Assembly (NCBI GenBank): GCA_002269645.1 | Contig: NIVC01004277.1 | Span: forward strand, 1-52,018 | DNA: 52,018 nt | Reading direction: 5' to 3' | Origin: Macrostomum lignano | Taxonomy: Eukaryota | Shown: positions 33,178 through 44,953 of the stretch, one piece after another | Layout of the letters: each line of letters begins with the position of its first letter | Numbering within the stretch: the first letter of the stretch is position 1 | Program-made: the position numbers and the translations under genes | Notes under the pieces: generated by a model | Told to the model about the DNA's origin: nothing | Seen by the model: only the letters and a program-made list of their open reading frames with translations | The model's database searches: none

Positions 33178-36100
33178 CCGAGCATGTGTATGCGCACACA
33201 TCCACTTGTGTGCGTACAGCTCAGGTGTCACGGGAATGACTGTTTGGCTGCGGGTCAACTGTTTGCCTTGATCTGGGGGGCACAGCGCCCAACATCGAGA
33301 AAAATAACTGACTAAACATCTATTCGATTGACACTATAGTTTCTTTATGAAGTAAACTAGTCAGTGATGGTAAAGTGATGGTCCAAGATGCAACAAGTCA
33401 CAAAACATTACAGGTGACAGTAGCTTTCGATTTTGGTTTAAATTTTGCAACGAACGCATGCTGCAGTGATTAAAATTGGTTTATCAGTTTATTGAATTAG
33501 TTGTGGAACGACGTCGTTAAAGGCGTTGCGCCAGGGTTTGTACACCTTTTCACTTTCCCTTTTGAACTACCTGCAGCCAATTTTAGTTTTATTGCATCCT
33601 GTTCCGGCAATTTTTGGTTGTGACGCAGCTTTGGTTTTAAATCAGTTTCGACAAGCTGCGATACAGATTCAACATTTTGCACACATTTCCGACAAACAGT
33701 CGATCAGTTCTAACAACTGCCAACCAATTCCGGTCAAATGAGGTAAGAAATTATCACCTGCGCTTTTCTGGTTTTGAAATTTCCATTCCAAAAACTCTTC
33801 ATAAGATTCTGCACTTACATTATGAAAAGCAGTTTACCAGGATCAATAAATACAAACCGTTAATCTATTCCTTATGGAAGCAACCATCGGTAGGATTCTG
33901 GTACAAATTCACGAGTGGATAAAACAAGATTCGCGATTGTATCCAGTGCATGACGGCCGGGCACTATCGAATAGTAAATCACAGGGCACTTCCTGACCCT
34001 CTCTACAGTATATACTCCAGTCGATCGGATGAGTTATGGCGTGATTACCCAGATAAAAAAGGTCAACGGGAGACCGCCAGAGGCTGATTTATCTAGGCTG
34101 GCTGTCTGCAAAGTTCTCCTAATTTTGTAATTGCTCGTGATACAATTTCTTATCTTTACTCGTGGCTACTCATCGACCTGCCATCATGCAAAATGGATGC
34201 ACTGTGTATTTTTGGCACATTCTGGCACAAGTGCGCAGCCTCTGAACTGCAGAAGCGCGCGACCGAAATGGTAAACTTTGGCATAAGCCAGTGCGTGCTT
34301 GGCACAAGACAGTCAATATTGCTCATCATCACAAAGTATTGAAAAATTCGATTTCCTGAAGCACCTTTGACGTAGCAGGCGTCTTGGTTGTTTGACGTCT
34401 CTATTTCAGCAGATCTAATGACAAGTGCCAACAGAACTGGGCCTAAGTCTCTTGGTCAAACAGTTCGACACCAGCTTGTACTTCATTTTTCGTCGCGTTG
34501 TACATCAGTCATACTATTTAACAGCTCATTTGATGGCGGTGAGTCGGCTGGCTACGCGCATTCTCTTGAAGTTGTTTTTTAGGAGGTCCTAATTTTACTA
34601 TTTTCCGTTGTCATTTTGAAGAAAAGAATTGCAAAGCAAATCTCCTTTGATCTTAATCTGCTTTTATGCAACAGTTAATTGTCGTCTTTTTATATAAGCA
34701 CAAGTACGATCGCACTTAAGCTCGCGTAAAAACAGGATTGTTTTCCGTCTAAAAAACAATTAGAATTGACCAGGAGACAAATTCTAAGGTGGAAAAACTG
34801 TCTTGCTTTTGTCGGCTCAAAGTTTTTGCTTTGCTTTCTCCCATCTCTTTTTCTGCCTCTTCTTCTGTAGTTCTGAGGGCTATAGCGCATTGCTTTAATT
34901 AGAATAGTGTTGTCCTCACCCGCTGAGAGTTGCGCGACTTGCGACACCTCCTAATTTCCTTCTAATGAACTCTATATTCAGCTGTTCTCACTAGCGGCTA
35001 CCCTACGCCTATACGTACTTAGTTAGATTTGTACAAAATCCCATCTCATCAGACGCGGCCTCGTGATCCCATCCGGTGGGCCAATTTGTCGCGAATTCTT
35101 CATCTGGCTGGCTGTCGTCAGTCCTAGCAGACCCGTCAGGACAGGTTGAGTTTCGGGTGTCTTGAAGCCTCTCCTCTGAATTATTCAAATAAGTCCAGAC
35201 GGGCTTCAGCCAATGAACCCCAAAACCAGAGCCTCGACTAGCAAGTCTTCCACAAACCAATTTTTGTAGACAACATTGGGCTGAATGCAATAACCTATGA
35301 GCTGGAGTCCGATGAGTACTCGACTCGAATCGACGCTGGTTTTGAGAGTTTCCCACAAAATTCAGAATTTGGACTGCAAAAACAGATTAGCAGCTGGTTT
35401 TTTAAATAATTACTATGATTTTAGAAAGGGAAAGAGGTAACTTTTTAGTCACCTCAAAGGCTTTTTAGAGATGCACATATAGTGTCAGATTTTATACGTC
35501 GGCCAACGTTTCTAACGGTTTAATGTAAAAAATGTAAAAAAATTGTTAAAAAACTAACAAACTCGGTGCTAATTTCTCCTTGGCCTAGCCTATGCCTCCA
35601 CTGTGAGTCCTTCTAACAAACCTGTTGGCTTAATTTTTTATCGTGGAGTTTAAGTCCGCATTGACGTCCCCTAGGAAGCATCCAGCAATTCCAGACTGCA
35701 TGATCTTCTTTGCAAAAGAGAATCTTTAAGAGTTGGCCCCTTGGATCTCTGATTAAGCTGTTGAAGTCGATTTTATTCTCTCAGCTGTATATGGCGTATC
35801 ACCCTCCTTGTTTGTAGAATGAGCTCAGGGTTGAAATTCCCTGGGTTGAAGGTCTTCTGCGATTTCCCTGCTTTTTACGAGAATACGGATATTGCGCAGC
35901 TCTGGTGTTGAATTGGAAGTCGGCAAATAATCTTAGCGTCTATAAAATTCATTATTGCGAGTGCCGACAAGTGCTAAAAGGCGAGCAGCTTCTCAAGCTA
36001 ACGTCTGACTTTGCTTGGCGTTAAAGAATGAGGTACCGAAGTGCCGCCCGCCCAAGAGCCAAGGGCAATCCCGCTCAATTGGCCCCGCTTCATCGGATGT

Positions 36101-37220
36101 TTGGAATTAATTTTCTTCCTCCAGCTTCCTCTCGTGAAACTCTTGAACTTACCCAGCTTCATCAATGCGGGCATAAAAATCTTTGGCCTGCCTTTATGCC
36201 TAGTGATTCTTTGAGTAAGCAGATTTACGCGTAGAACTCTATTTACACCAATAGAAAGTTGTGAGGTAATTAACAATATTATTATCAATGTCGCCATTCA
36301 TTCTTAGCGGCATTTATAGAGAGTAATTTTTCAATTTATTAGTTGTACAGTAAAATCTGAAGTACAATCATAAAAACTGCGTGCAAATTATAACACTTGC
36401 TCAATATTGAGATTTATAATTTGCACTTTAAAATGATTTATATGACTGTGCTGTATTGTACTCAGCTCGAACTCTGCATGAATAGGTTATTGTTATAATA
36501 TGTGCCACTCTGACTTATTAGGAGAATTTGTTGGACAAGTGCACTCTGTATCAGACCGTATCTATATGAATTGCTAATACATAAATTACCCGATGCACCC
36601 AATGCAATGCTGGGTGCAATCAGCGACTCCCCCATCATCTCATGTCGGATTTGTGAAGATCCGAGAGAGTTCCGACAGGCTGCAGCAACAAGCTTTCAAC
36701 TTGTCTGTTTGCGTTTTATGCACCAATAAATTCCGTTATGAACAAGTTTCCTAATTAAGGCAGTGCTTAACTGAAGCCATGCACATGCTCTCTCTCTCCC
36801 TGCGTATACTGGAGCGGAATACAATGTCAGAAATTGCAGCGTGCTGCTCGGGTCGGGACGGACTTAACTTATCATCTATCATGGAATCACGTGCCGCAAA
36901 TTCTAGCAACCCTACGGCACATCTTGCGCGAGCGTAAGCTACTAATGTGCAAGTAAGATGAGCTCTCGAGAGCGTTTGAAATTGCATACGCACCAAAGGC
37001 AACGGGGTGAATGAGTGACAAGCCTTGGAAGCTGGACTTAAATCACCCAGCTAGCTAGGGAATATGGAATTGACGAAGACTACCGATCTTCAGAATAAGC
37101 AATTTGCTGCTGATTACACAGTATCGCGTGTCCTTGGTGCAATTACAAATTGTAAGTAGCGCGTGTGCAATACAACCACACAACAACCAATACGCCGTCA
37201 TGGTTTTTAGCAGTCAGCGG

Positions 37221-37251
37221 GGCGCCGGCATCAGCCAGCAGGCAGTCGACG
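37221..37251 (-). mobile_element. Short remnant matching the 3' end of the RTE ORF
   Basis: 37225-37247 is identical to 37856-37878 (CCGGCATCAGCCAGCAGGCAGTC). Both encode VDCLLADAG. Confidence 0.6.
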
Positions 37252-37646
37252 AGGAAGAGGAAGAAGAGAGGAGAGAGGAGAGAGAAGAGAGGAGAGAAGA
37301 AAGAAGAGAGAGGAGAGAGGAGAGAGGAGAGAGGAGAGAAGAGAAAGGAGAGAGGAGAGAGGAGAGAGAGAGAAGAGAGAGGAGAGAGGAGAGAGGAGAG
37401 AAGAGAGAGGAGAGAGGAGAGAGGAGAGAGGAGAGAGGAGAGAGGAGAGAGGAGAGAGGAGAGAGAGAAAAGAGTAGAGAGGAGAGAGAAGAGAGGAGAG
37501 AGGAGAGAGGAGAGAAGAGAGAGGAGAGAGAAAAGAAGAGAAAGGAGAGAGAAAAGAAGAGAGAGGAGAGAGAAAATAGGAGAGAGAGGAGAGAGTAGAG
37601 GAGAGGAGAGATCGAGAAGAAAGGAGAGAGGATAGAGGAAGGAGAG
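37250..37646. repeat. Polypurine (GAGAG)-type low-complexity repeat
   Basis: About 400 bp of almost only G/A. Source of the spurious ORFs at 37104-37862. Confidence 0.95.
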
Positions 37647-37674
37647 ATTATATATAATCTCTCTCTCATAAGTA

Positions 37675-40600
37675 CACATACATACATGTACACCGCCGCA
37701 AAAGAAAGCAAAAGGAAAAGGGGGCAGCACGGGACGGAAGAGCAAAAAAAAGGGGGAAAAGAAACGGAAATGTGAGAGCGTGGCGGCAGTGTCAGAGCAC
37801 TCTCCTTCTGGCTTGCTCCCTGAAGGCAGCCGCAGCGTTGGTCTGGCCGATGACACCGGCATCAGCCAGCAGGCAGTCCACGTACCGGCGCGTCCTGGCC
37901 TGCCCTCGGCGCCAGGGGCCCCGCAGCGTGAGCAGCAGGACGTCCTGCACCGGTTCAGGGCAGTAGGTTTCCGCGCGGATCACGTGGCCCGCCAGCTGCA
38001 GCCGCCGCCGCCGGATGGTCTCGCTGGGTGGTCGCAGGCCGGCTCGTCGGTAGAGGGCCGCGTTCGAGACCACCTCAGGGTAGGAGATGCCGAAGGCCGC
38101 GCGCAGCAGGCTGGAGTGGGCCGCGTCCAGCCGCTTCTCCAGCGTCTCGGTCAGCGTCCACGTCTCGGCGTTGTAAGTCAGGACGGTCTCGACCACCGCC
38201 TGAAACAGCCGAGACCTCAGGCGATCTGGCAGCGCGGCGCTCTGCAGAACAACCCGGACTGAGCGGAAGGCCGCCCAAGCCAGGCCTCTGCGTCGCGCCA
38301 GGTCCTCCTGAACGCTGGGCACCAGACCGCCGAGGTACGTGAAGCGCGTGCAGCGGGGTAGAGGGGCCGCGTGACCGTCTGCGCCGCGGCAGGTGATATT
38401 GGCAGGCAGCTCCGCTGGCACCGTCAGGACCTCCGTCTTGTCGGTGTTGACAACCAGGCCGACCGTAGCCGCTATCGCCACCAGGCTGTCCAGCATCCGC
38501 TGGGCTCCATCCGCCGTGGAGGCCAGCAGCGCCAGGTCGTCGGCATAGCCCAGCAGCGACAGTCTCTTCTCTGGATGGTGGCTGCTCGTGCGCCTGCACA
38601 GCATGAAGCCGTCGGCGTCGGATGGAAGCGCAGTCCGCAGCACCCAGTCGAGGACCAGCACGAACAAGAAGGGCGCTAGCGTGTCGCCCTGCAGCACTCC
38701 AGATGTTGTACTGAATGGGTCCGACAGCCCGTCGGGCGTCACCACGGCGGCTTGAGTGTCCTGGTAGAGCGCCATGACTGCGCTGACCAGGCGCTGGGGC
38801 ACGTGGTAAGCCCGGAGCACCGGCACAAGGGCGCCGCGCGCCACCGAGTCGAACGCCTTTCTGAAGTCAACGAAGACACAGATCAGCGTCGCCTGGCGGG
38901 TGCGCGCCTCCTCGATTGTCCTCCTGAGGGCAAGGATCTGGGTCGCTGTGCCCCGGTGTGGCCGGAAGCCGTTCTGCTCGTGCCGCAGAAACGGGTCCAG
39001 CACCGGTTGCAGCCGCGTCAGCAGGATCTTGTTGAAGAGCTTCGCGGCGCAAGACATCAGCGAGATGCCCCTATGTTCTTCTTTCCGAGTTGTGCCGGGC
39101 TTCTTTGGGATGGGGATCATGTGGGCCGTCGTCCACTCAGTTGGGGCTGCACCCCCGTCAAGTACGCGGTTCATCACACCGGCGACCGCACGGGCCACCG
39201 GCAGGACTCGCAGCGCCTCGACAGGGATCTCATCCGGGCCGGCCGCTTTTCCACCAGGGGACTTCTTCGCCTGCAGCACCACCTCGTCCAGAGTAATGGG
39301 GCTGACGTCGAAATCCTCCTCCTTGGGCAGGGCCACTTCCGGCGGCAGCGGCATCTCCGCCTGCAGCACCGGCGGCGGCGCGTTCACGATGGCGCCGAAA
39401 AAGTCCCGCAGCTCGTTCCGGCGGGCCTCCGCCGTGTCGCCGGGGAGGTTGAGGCTCGTGCGGCTCTTCCTCCCGGTCAGCGCGTTCACAGCGCTCCACA
39501 CGGCGCGGCGCTTGCCGTCGTGCCCTGCCGTTGTCACCGTCCTGATGGTCTCTTCTACGGCGGCCTGTTGTCCTTGCTCATAGGCGGCTGCGAGGGCCGC
39601 CTCGGCTTCGTCCACCTCCGCAGTCCTGCCCGCCCGTCGCAGCTGCTCAAGCCTCAGCCTCGCACTTTGCACTTCCGGGTCCACCTCCCAGACCGGCCGA
39701 CCTTTCTGCAGGGGCTTCACCAACGGTAGGGTCCACTCCGCAGCAGATTGGACGGCCGTGCAGATCTCGGGGTAGTCGGCTTCCTTCTTGCCGTCGAGGG
39801 CATCCACAAACGCGCGGGCGAAGTGAACCTGGGTCGCATCGTCACGCAGAGCCCGGAAGAAGTGCTTCGGCTTCCGCTTGGGCGGCCGGTAGAGCGGGTC
39901 CTTCAGCTTGATGTCGCAGAAGAGCAGCTTGTGGTCGGACTTCGGCGCCAATGGCAAGATGGTATCGCAGTTGGTCACACGGCCACGCTCTCGAAAGTGC
40001 AGCAGCACGTGGTCCAGCTGCGCCAGCCTCGTCGTGGCATTCCGGCGGCGGTTGTTGTTGCGCCGCGGCCGCTTGCAGCCGGCAAAGGTTGCCAGCCGCT
40101 GCTCGGGTTTCCGGAACCACGTGTTCATCGACACCATGTCATGCCGAGCCACGAAGTCGGTCAGCGCCTCGGTGTTGGCATTCTCGCGCGGGGTCACGAA
40201 GGGGGCCCGGTCTGACCTGCGCATGACAGCGTTCAGATCACCGAGCACGATCACCGTGTCCCGTTGTGCCACAGCCTCCACCTGCCCGGACAAGAACTCG
40301 AAAAAGACACGAGCTTCATCGGGGTGGGCAGCTGTCGGCGCGTAGGCGCAGAAAATGTGGGCGCTCCGACTCCTCAGCCGCAGGTCGATCCGCAGCAGCC
40401 GAGGGGACAGGCTCTGGCAGCACACACTCTGTTGCAGCTTTGGCCCGACCAGCACTCCTACTCCTCCATGACCTCTCTCGTCCGCTGATGTGTACAGGAG
40501 GCTCCAGCCAGCTCCCAGCTCTTCACGCTGGAGGCCGGGGCCGGCCACGATAGACACCTCCTGCAGAGCCACCAGGTCCATCTTCGTCTCCTGAGCCAGC

Positions 40601-41004
40601 TTTGCCAGCAGGCCCTGGCGCCAGTTCTCCTTGAGGGTCCGGCAGTTCCAGGTTGCCAGCCAAAGGGGGTGCTCTGGTACGGCTGGGGCCCGATGCTGTT
40701 GGGCCTCGTGGTCCCCGGCGCCACCCGGAGGATCCAGGGCCTCGGCCTCCCGCCTGCCTGCGCGCTTTGCTGCTCCATGGGCACGACTGCGCCGGTTGCG
40801 CTCTCTGCGCCGCTGGGTGCGGCGGGCAGCACTGCGCTGGCCGCGGGGGGTCTTGGCCTTGCCGCTGTTGGCTGCCGCAGCTTGAGGGCGCGGCACTCCG
40901 AGCCAACCTTGGCTATGCTCCGGGGCGATGCTCTGCCCAGGGGTGCCAGGAGGTCGCGGCATATTTATACGCCAGGGGCGTATAAATAAGATGGCTCTTA
41001 TTTA
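37675..41004 (-). mobile_element. Full-length RTE-clade non-LTR retrotransposon
   Basis: Single APE+RT ORF. 13-bp TSD TCTCTCATAAGTA at 37662-37674 and 41005-41017 (16 bp with one mismatch). The 3' end is a short (TATG)n tandem tail rather than poly(A). Much more GC-rich than the flanks. Confidence 0.93.
37792..40962 (-). CDS. RTE ORF, 1056 aa: Arg-rich N-terminus, apurinic-type endonuclease, reverse transcriptase
   Basis: EN motifs TWNCRTL, LQEV, VLGDLNA, LDHV, SDH. RT motifs HEQNGFR, FVDFRKAFDSV, GVLQGDTLAPFLF, YADD, FTYLG, then LTYNAETWTL and RRLQLAGHVIR. No stops or frameshifts. Confidence 0.96.
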   Translation of the reverse strand: MPRPPGTPGQSIAPEHSQGWLGVPRPQAAAANSGKAKTPRGQRSAARRTQRRRERNRRSRAHGAAKRAGRREAEALDPPGGAGDHEAQQHRAPAVPEHPLWLATWNCRTLKENWRQGLLAKLAQETKMDLVALQEVSIVAGPGLQREELGAGWSLLYTSADERGHGGVGVLVGPKLQQSVCCQSLSPRLLRIDLRLRSRSAHIFCAYAPTAAHPDEARVFFEFLSGQVEAVAQRDTVIVLGDLNAVMRRSDRAPFVTPRENANTEALTDFVARHDMVSMNTWFRKPEQRLATFAGCKRPRRNNNRRRNATTRLAQLDHVLLHFRERGRVTNCDTILPLAPKSDHKLLFCDIKLKDPLYRPPKRKPKHFFRALRDDATQVHFARAFVDALDGKKEADYPEICTAVQSAAEWTLPLVKPLQKGRPVWEVDPEVQSARLRLEQLRRAGRTAEVDEAEAALAAAYEQGQQAAVEETIRTVTTAGHDGKRRAVWSAVNALTGRKSRTSLNLPGDTAEARRNELRDFFGAIVNAPPPVLQAEMPLPPEVALPKEEDFDVSPITLDEVVLQAKKSPGGKAAGPDEIPVEALRVLPVARAVAGVMNRVLDGGAAPTEWTTAHMIPIPKKPGTTRKEEHRGISLMSCAAKLFNKILLTRLQPVLDPFLRHEQNGFRPHRGTATQILALRRTIEEARTRQATLICVFVDFRKAFDSVARGALVPVLRAYHVPQRLVSAVMALYQDTQAAVVTPDGLSDPFSTTSGVLQGDTLAPFLFVLVLDWVLRTALPSDADGFMLCRRTSSHHPEKRLSLLGYADDLALLASTADGAQRMLDSLVAIAATVGLVVNTDKTEVLTVPAELPANITCRGADGHAAPLPRCTRFTYLGGLVPSVQEDLARRRGLAWAAFRSVRVVLQSAALPDRLRSRLFQAVVETVLTYNAETWTLTETLEKRLDAAHSSLLRAAFGISYPEVVSNAALYRRAGLRPPSETIRRRRLQLAGHVIRAETYCPEPVQDVLLLTLRGPWRRGQARTRRYVDCLLADAGVIGQTNAAAAFREQARRRVL

Positions 41005-42736
41005 TCTCTCATAAGTATACTTATGCTTATGGTGTTGCAGCAGCTTCAAAATGCTTATACAGTTACAAAGGCCTTTTTGCTGCCCATTTTAATTTGAAAA
41101 TGCAGAAAATATGAAATTATTCGGAGATATTCAAAAGAGACTTGCAGTCGATGTACTTGTGCACTGATGTAACTGCACTCTCATACAAGAAAGTGCAATA
41201 ACTATATGCACTAATTCAAGGCCTCTGTGTACACCCTGGGATATTGATGAGCGCTGTACGTACATTTACACATATTTACTACTGGACTGGATTATACCGA
41301 AAGTGTAATAATTATTCAATATAAAAATTATAAATACGCTTTCTTTCCAATTCATCCGCAACCGATGCTTAAAAAACTATTTCTTGTCGAGATCGCGTCC
41401 ATGAAAGAAGTGTTCGAATGGGAACCTTGATCGATAATTTCGACCCAGTCCTGTCGAATATCGTCCGAAACTGCGTGACGAACAGACTCCCCTGGAAGTC
41501 AGATTCAATTACTTTAGCACAAGATGGGCGATGATTACATGTAGATGTTTCTGAGGCATGGAAGAACTCAGTCAGCACTATCTGTTCTCAAAGGTGCATA
41601 ACATGCATTTGCAAATTACACGTAATTATAATTTACATGAACGCTCGTATAGAATACAATTTACATGTACCAGAGGTCCATCCTCTTGAAGCTTATAGCA
41701 GATCAAGCATTAATATAAGATTAAATATAGTTTTTAATAATAATTAATTAATATTTAATATGGCAGGCTGTACAAACATTTATTTTTACCTGCGCAATCG
41801 AACGCTACTATTAGTAGTTCTGATTTGAGGAAATGTACAATTGCCAATCTCAGTCTTGGACTGAACAGCCGTACGCAGCCTTGCACAATTAATAAAATAA
41901 GTCTTTGTCACAAGCAGCAGAGATCTCGGACTAAACTCTGCAAATAAAGATAATTTTGCGGTTACAAATATTGATTGAATTTTACTGCAATTCAGTCAGC
42001 AGTGAGGCGCTGTCAATCAAACCACCTCGCTCAGTCGGTAATTATTATTATTTATTTATTTAATTATTATCGTAAGCGAGGCAATCCGTCGCGGCAAAAA
42101 TCACACAGAAAATTTTAATAAAGAAAAATCCGGGTCGGCGAAGCTACGAGGTTTTTTTGAAGCGGTGTCATTAAACATTAAATTTAGGAGTTACACTCCA
42201 AGCGGCTACTAACAGTAGCAAGCCAAACAAATCCGACCCGAAATTGTTCTTCATTTAACAAAAATCTACTGAGCGCCAATTCAATTGTAGTGCGTAGACG
42301 TGTTTTTATTATTTATTAATTAGTGCATTGTTCAACTATGTTATCTCGGGTAGAACTATTAATACAAGCCATCAGAGGATCAATCCTACCTGCAACTTTC
42401 TGGACACACAGAGCCAAGTTTGCAATTCTAAAACCAGGCAAGCAAGTAAAATGGAGAGAGGTTTAACAAAGCGCGATGTTTTGCAGGAAAAAAACTGAAG
42501 CAACAACACAAACAGTACACGGTTGCTGAATATTATCATAACAAATAACAGCGGTATAACTGCGATGAGTCGCTTGTTAAGAAATCAGAATTAAAACAAC
42601 ACAATACGAAGCCAGACAAATTAACTGAAAGCAGAGAATGACAACAAAAAAAATTTAGTTGCACAACATCTACGATACTCTGAAAAGTTATCGTCAGACA
42701 AACCAATGGAAAACTACTGATAAATGTACGTTGTGG

Positions 42737-43086
42737 GTAGAGGCGGGGGTAAGACAGCGGGAGTGAGGTGGGTGGCATTGACTGCCGATGAATGTGCATT
42801 GGGGTAGAGAGGCAGGGTTAAGCCGGGGGAGTGAGGTGGGTGGCATTGACTGCCGATGAGTGTACATTGGGGGTAGAGGGGCAGGGAGAGACAGGGGGAG
42901 TGAGGTGGGTGGAATTGACTGCTGATGAATGTACATTGGGGGTAGAGGCAGGGTTAAGACAGGGGGAGTGAGGTGGGTGGCATTGACTGCCGATGAATGT
43001 ACATTGGGGGAAGAGAGGCAGGGGTAAGAGAGGGGGAGTGAGGTGGGTGGCATTGACTGCCGATGAATGTACATTTGGGGTAGGGG
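42737..43086. repeat. ~69-bp G-rich minisatellite, 5 units
   Basis: Core GGGAGTGAGGTGGGTGGCATTGACTGCCGATGAATGTACATTGGGG repeated five times. Confidence 0.9.
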
Positions 43087-44144
43087 GTTCCTTGGGCACT
43101 TAAGGAAATATTGATTCAGGAGTTTTCCATTGAGTAACCAGCCAGACCAATTGGAGTTCACGGTGATTTTCCAACCCCCCAAAGCTGAGAGACGATAGTT
43201 TCAGGCCTACAATAATATAAATATACATATGCATCGATATCTAAACGAAAGTACACAGGTGTTGTTGGGTTTTAAAAGGCTGGTGCAAAAATAAATAATA
43301 AATGAATAAAAATCAAATATGACATACAGACGTATAATTTATATATAAGAGAGAAATTAATACGAGAACGACATAGCAAGATTTAGTCGCGAACAGAATG
43401 AAATAAATTATGATAACCGATGCGAGTAATTAAAAAACAGCAGGCTTTTATATTGAAATTTAATAAAGCCAGGTGTCTTCTCGAAGCACAGAGGAGTGAT
43501 GATTGAAAATAAAACAGTTATAGTATGGCATAAAATTTAGATATAAAAATGATGATATTTCACACAACACACGCACTAACAAAAAGAGGGACTGTTATCA
43601 CAGAGAAAGCAAATTAGCTGAATACAAAGACACTGCCTGCGTTCTAAAGTTTTATTTAGTCTTTTATACATACCCACCATAATTTTTCTAAATAACATAC
43701 ATACTACTTGCCGCTAGTAGTGCAACAGCCTCGTTACCTATCAAGAGAAACTTCACAATACAGCCCCCAGTATTTTGTATACATATTGAAATTTGTTAAA
43801 AAATGGAAAATTGCACACTTAAATCTAATTAAAATGAAACAATAGAGCAGAGTAATACTAAATTAACTTGGATTTGCAAGGTTAGCTGACAACAATAAAA
43901 CTGATATTTTGCATTACAAGCTCGCTTGAGTTTGGCTAAGCCTACATTATCCCACTCAAAGGATTGCATAGGGGCGAGCATTTAAAGATTTTTTAAAGAT
44001 GGCTTTTATAAAGCCGAAAAATTAAATTAGTAGCAATAAACACAAAGTATAAAATATGTTAACCGGAAGAAATATGCAGCTTTGAGTAGCCAGTTGCTAT
44101 GCAATGGATCTCATCTGACTGAGTCGGGATCAGCCTAATTCAAT

Positions 44145-44620
44145 AGAGATGTGATCTCACTTGAGTCTGATGAGATCTCAGTCGAGTCTGATGGGATCTC
44201 ACTAGAGTCTGATGAGATCTCAGTCGAGTCTGATGGGATCTCACTAGAGTCTGATGAGATCTCAGTCGAGTCTGATGGGATCTCACTTGAGTATGATGGG
44301 ATCTCACTGGAGTCTGATGGGATCTCACTGGAGTATGATGGGATCTCACTTGAGTCTGATGGGATCTCATTTGAGTCTGATGAGATCTCATTTGAGTATG
44401 ATGGGATCTCACTCTTGAGTATGATGGGATCTCACTCTTGAGTATGATGGGATCTCACTCTTGAGTATGATGGGATCTCACTCTTGAGTATGATGGGATC
44501 TCACTCTTGAGTATGATGGGATCTCACTCTTGATTATGATGGGATCTCACTCTTGAGTATGATGGGATCTCACTCTTGAGTATGATGGGATCTCACTCTT
44601 GAGTATGATGGGATCTCAAA
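44145..44620. repeat. 21-bp grading into 23-bp minisatellite (GAGTATGATGGGATCTCACTCTT)
   Basis: Direct reading. Confidence 0.92.
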
Positions 44621-44953
44621 GGAGTGTGAAAGAATCTTATCTGCGAAGGCTGGGATCTTACCCGAGTGGGATGGGATCTTGTCTGAGTGGGATGGCACCC
44701 CACTCGAATGTGATGGTATGACCTGATGGACTTGGGGAATCAGTTCCTCATTTTGGTACGCAGGTTTGGGTTAAGCCTAGAGCCTGGATTAAGCAACGGA
44801 AACAATAAATATTTAATAAATAATATAATAACCAACAGAAATGTGATTAAAAACACAAATTATAAACTGAATAAGTAGAAGTAGATTAGCGCCTGGCTGA
44901 TATGAAGCGGCAAAACATTGGCTCAGTGTCTTACTTTCCCCCTCCCCCAAATT

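Noticed and set aside
33400-36300. ORF-like remnants including SCAKHALA (SWIM/MULE-like?)
   Set aside because: All frames are broken by stops and no full CxC...CxH or transposase motif is recognisable.
40860-41004. HDV-like ribozyme in the RTE 5' end
   Set aside because: Stems exist, but I could not find the nested double pseudoknot with a UCCUCG-like L3 and P1.1 pairing. A descriptor-based search would be decisive.
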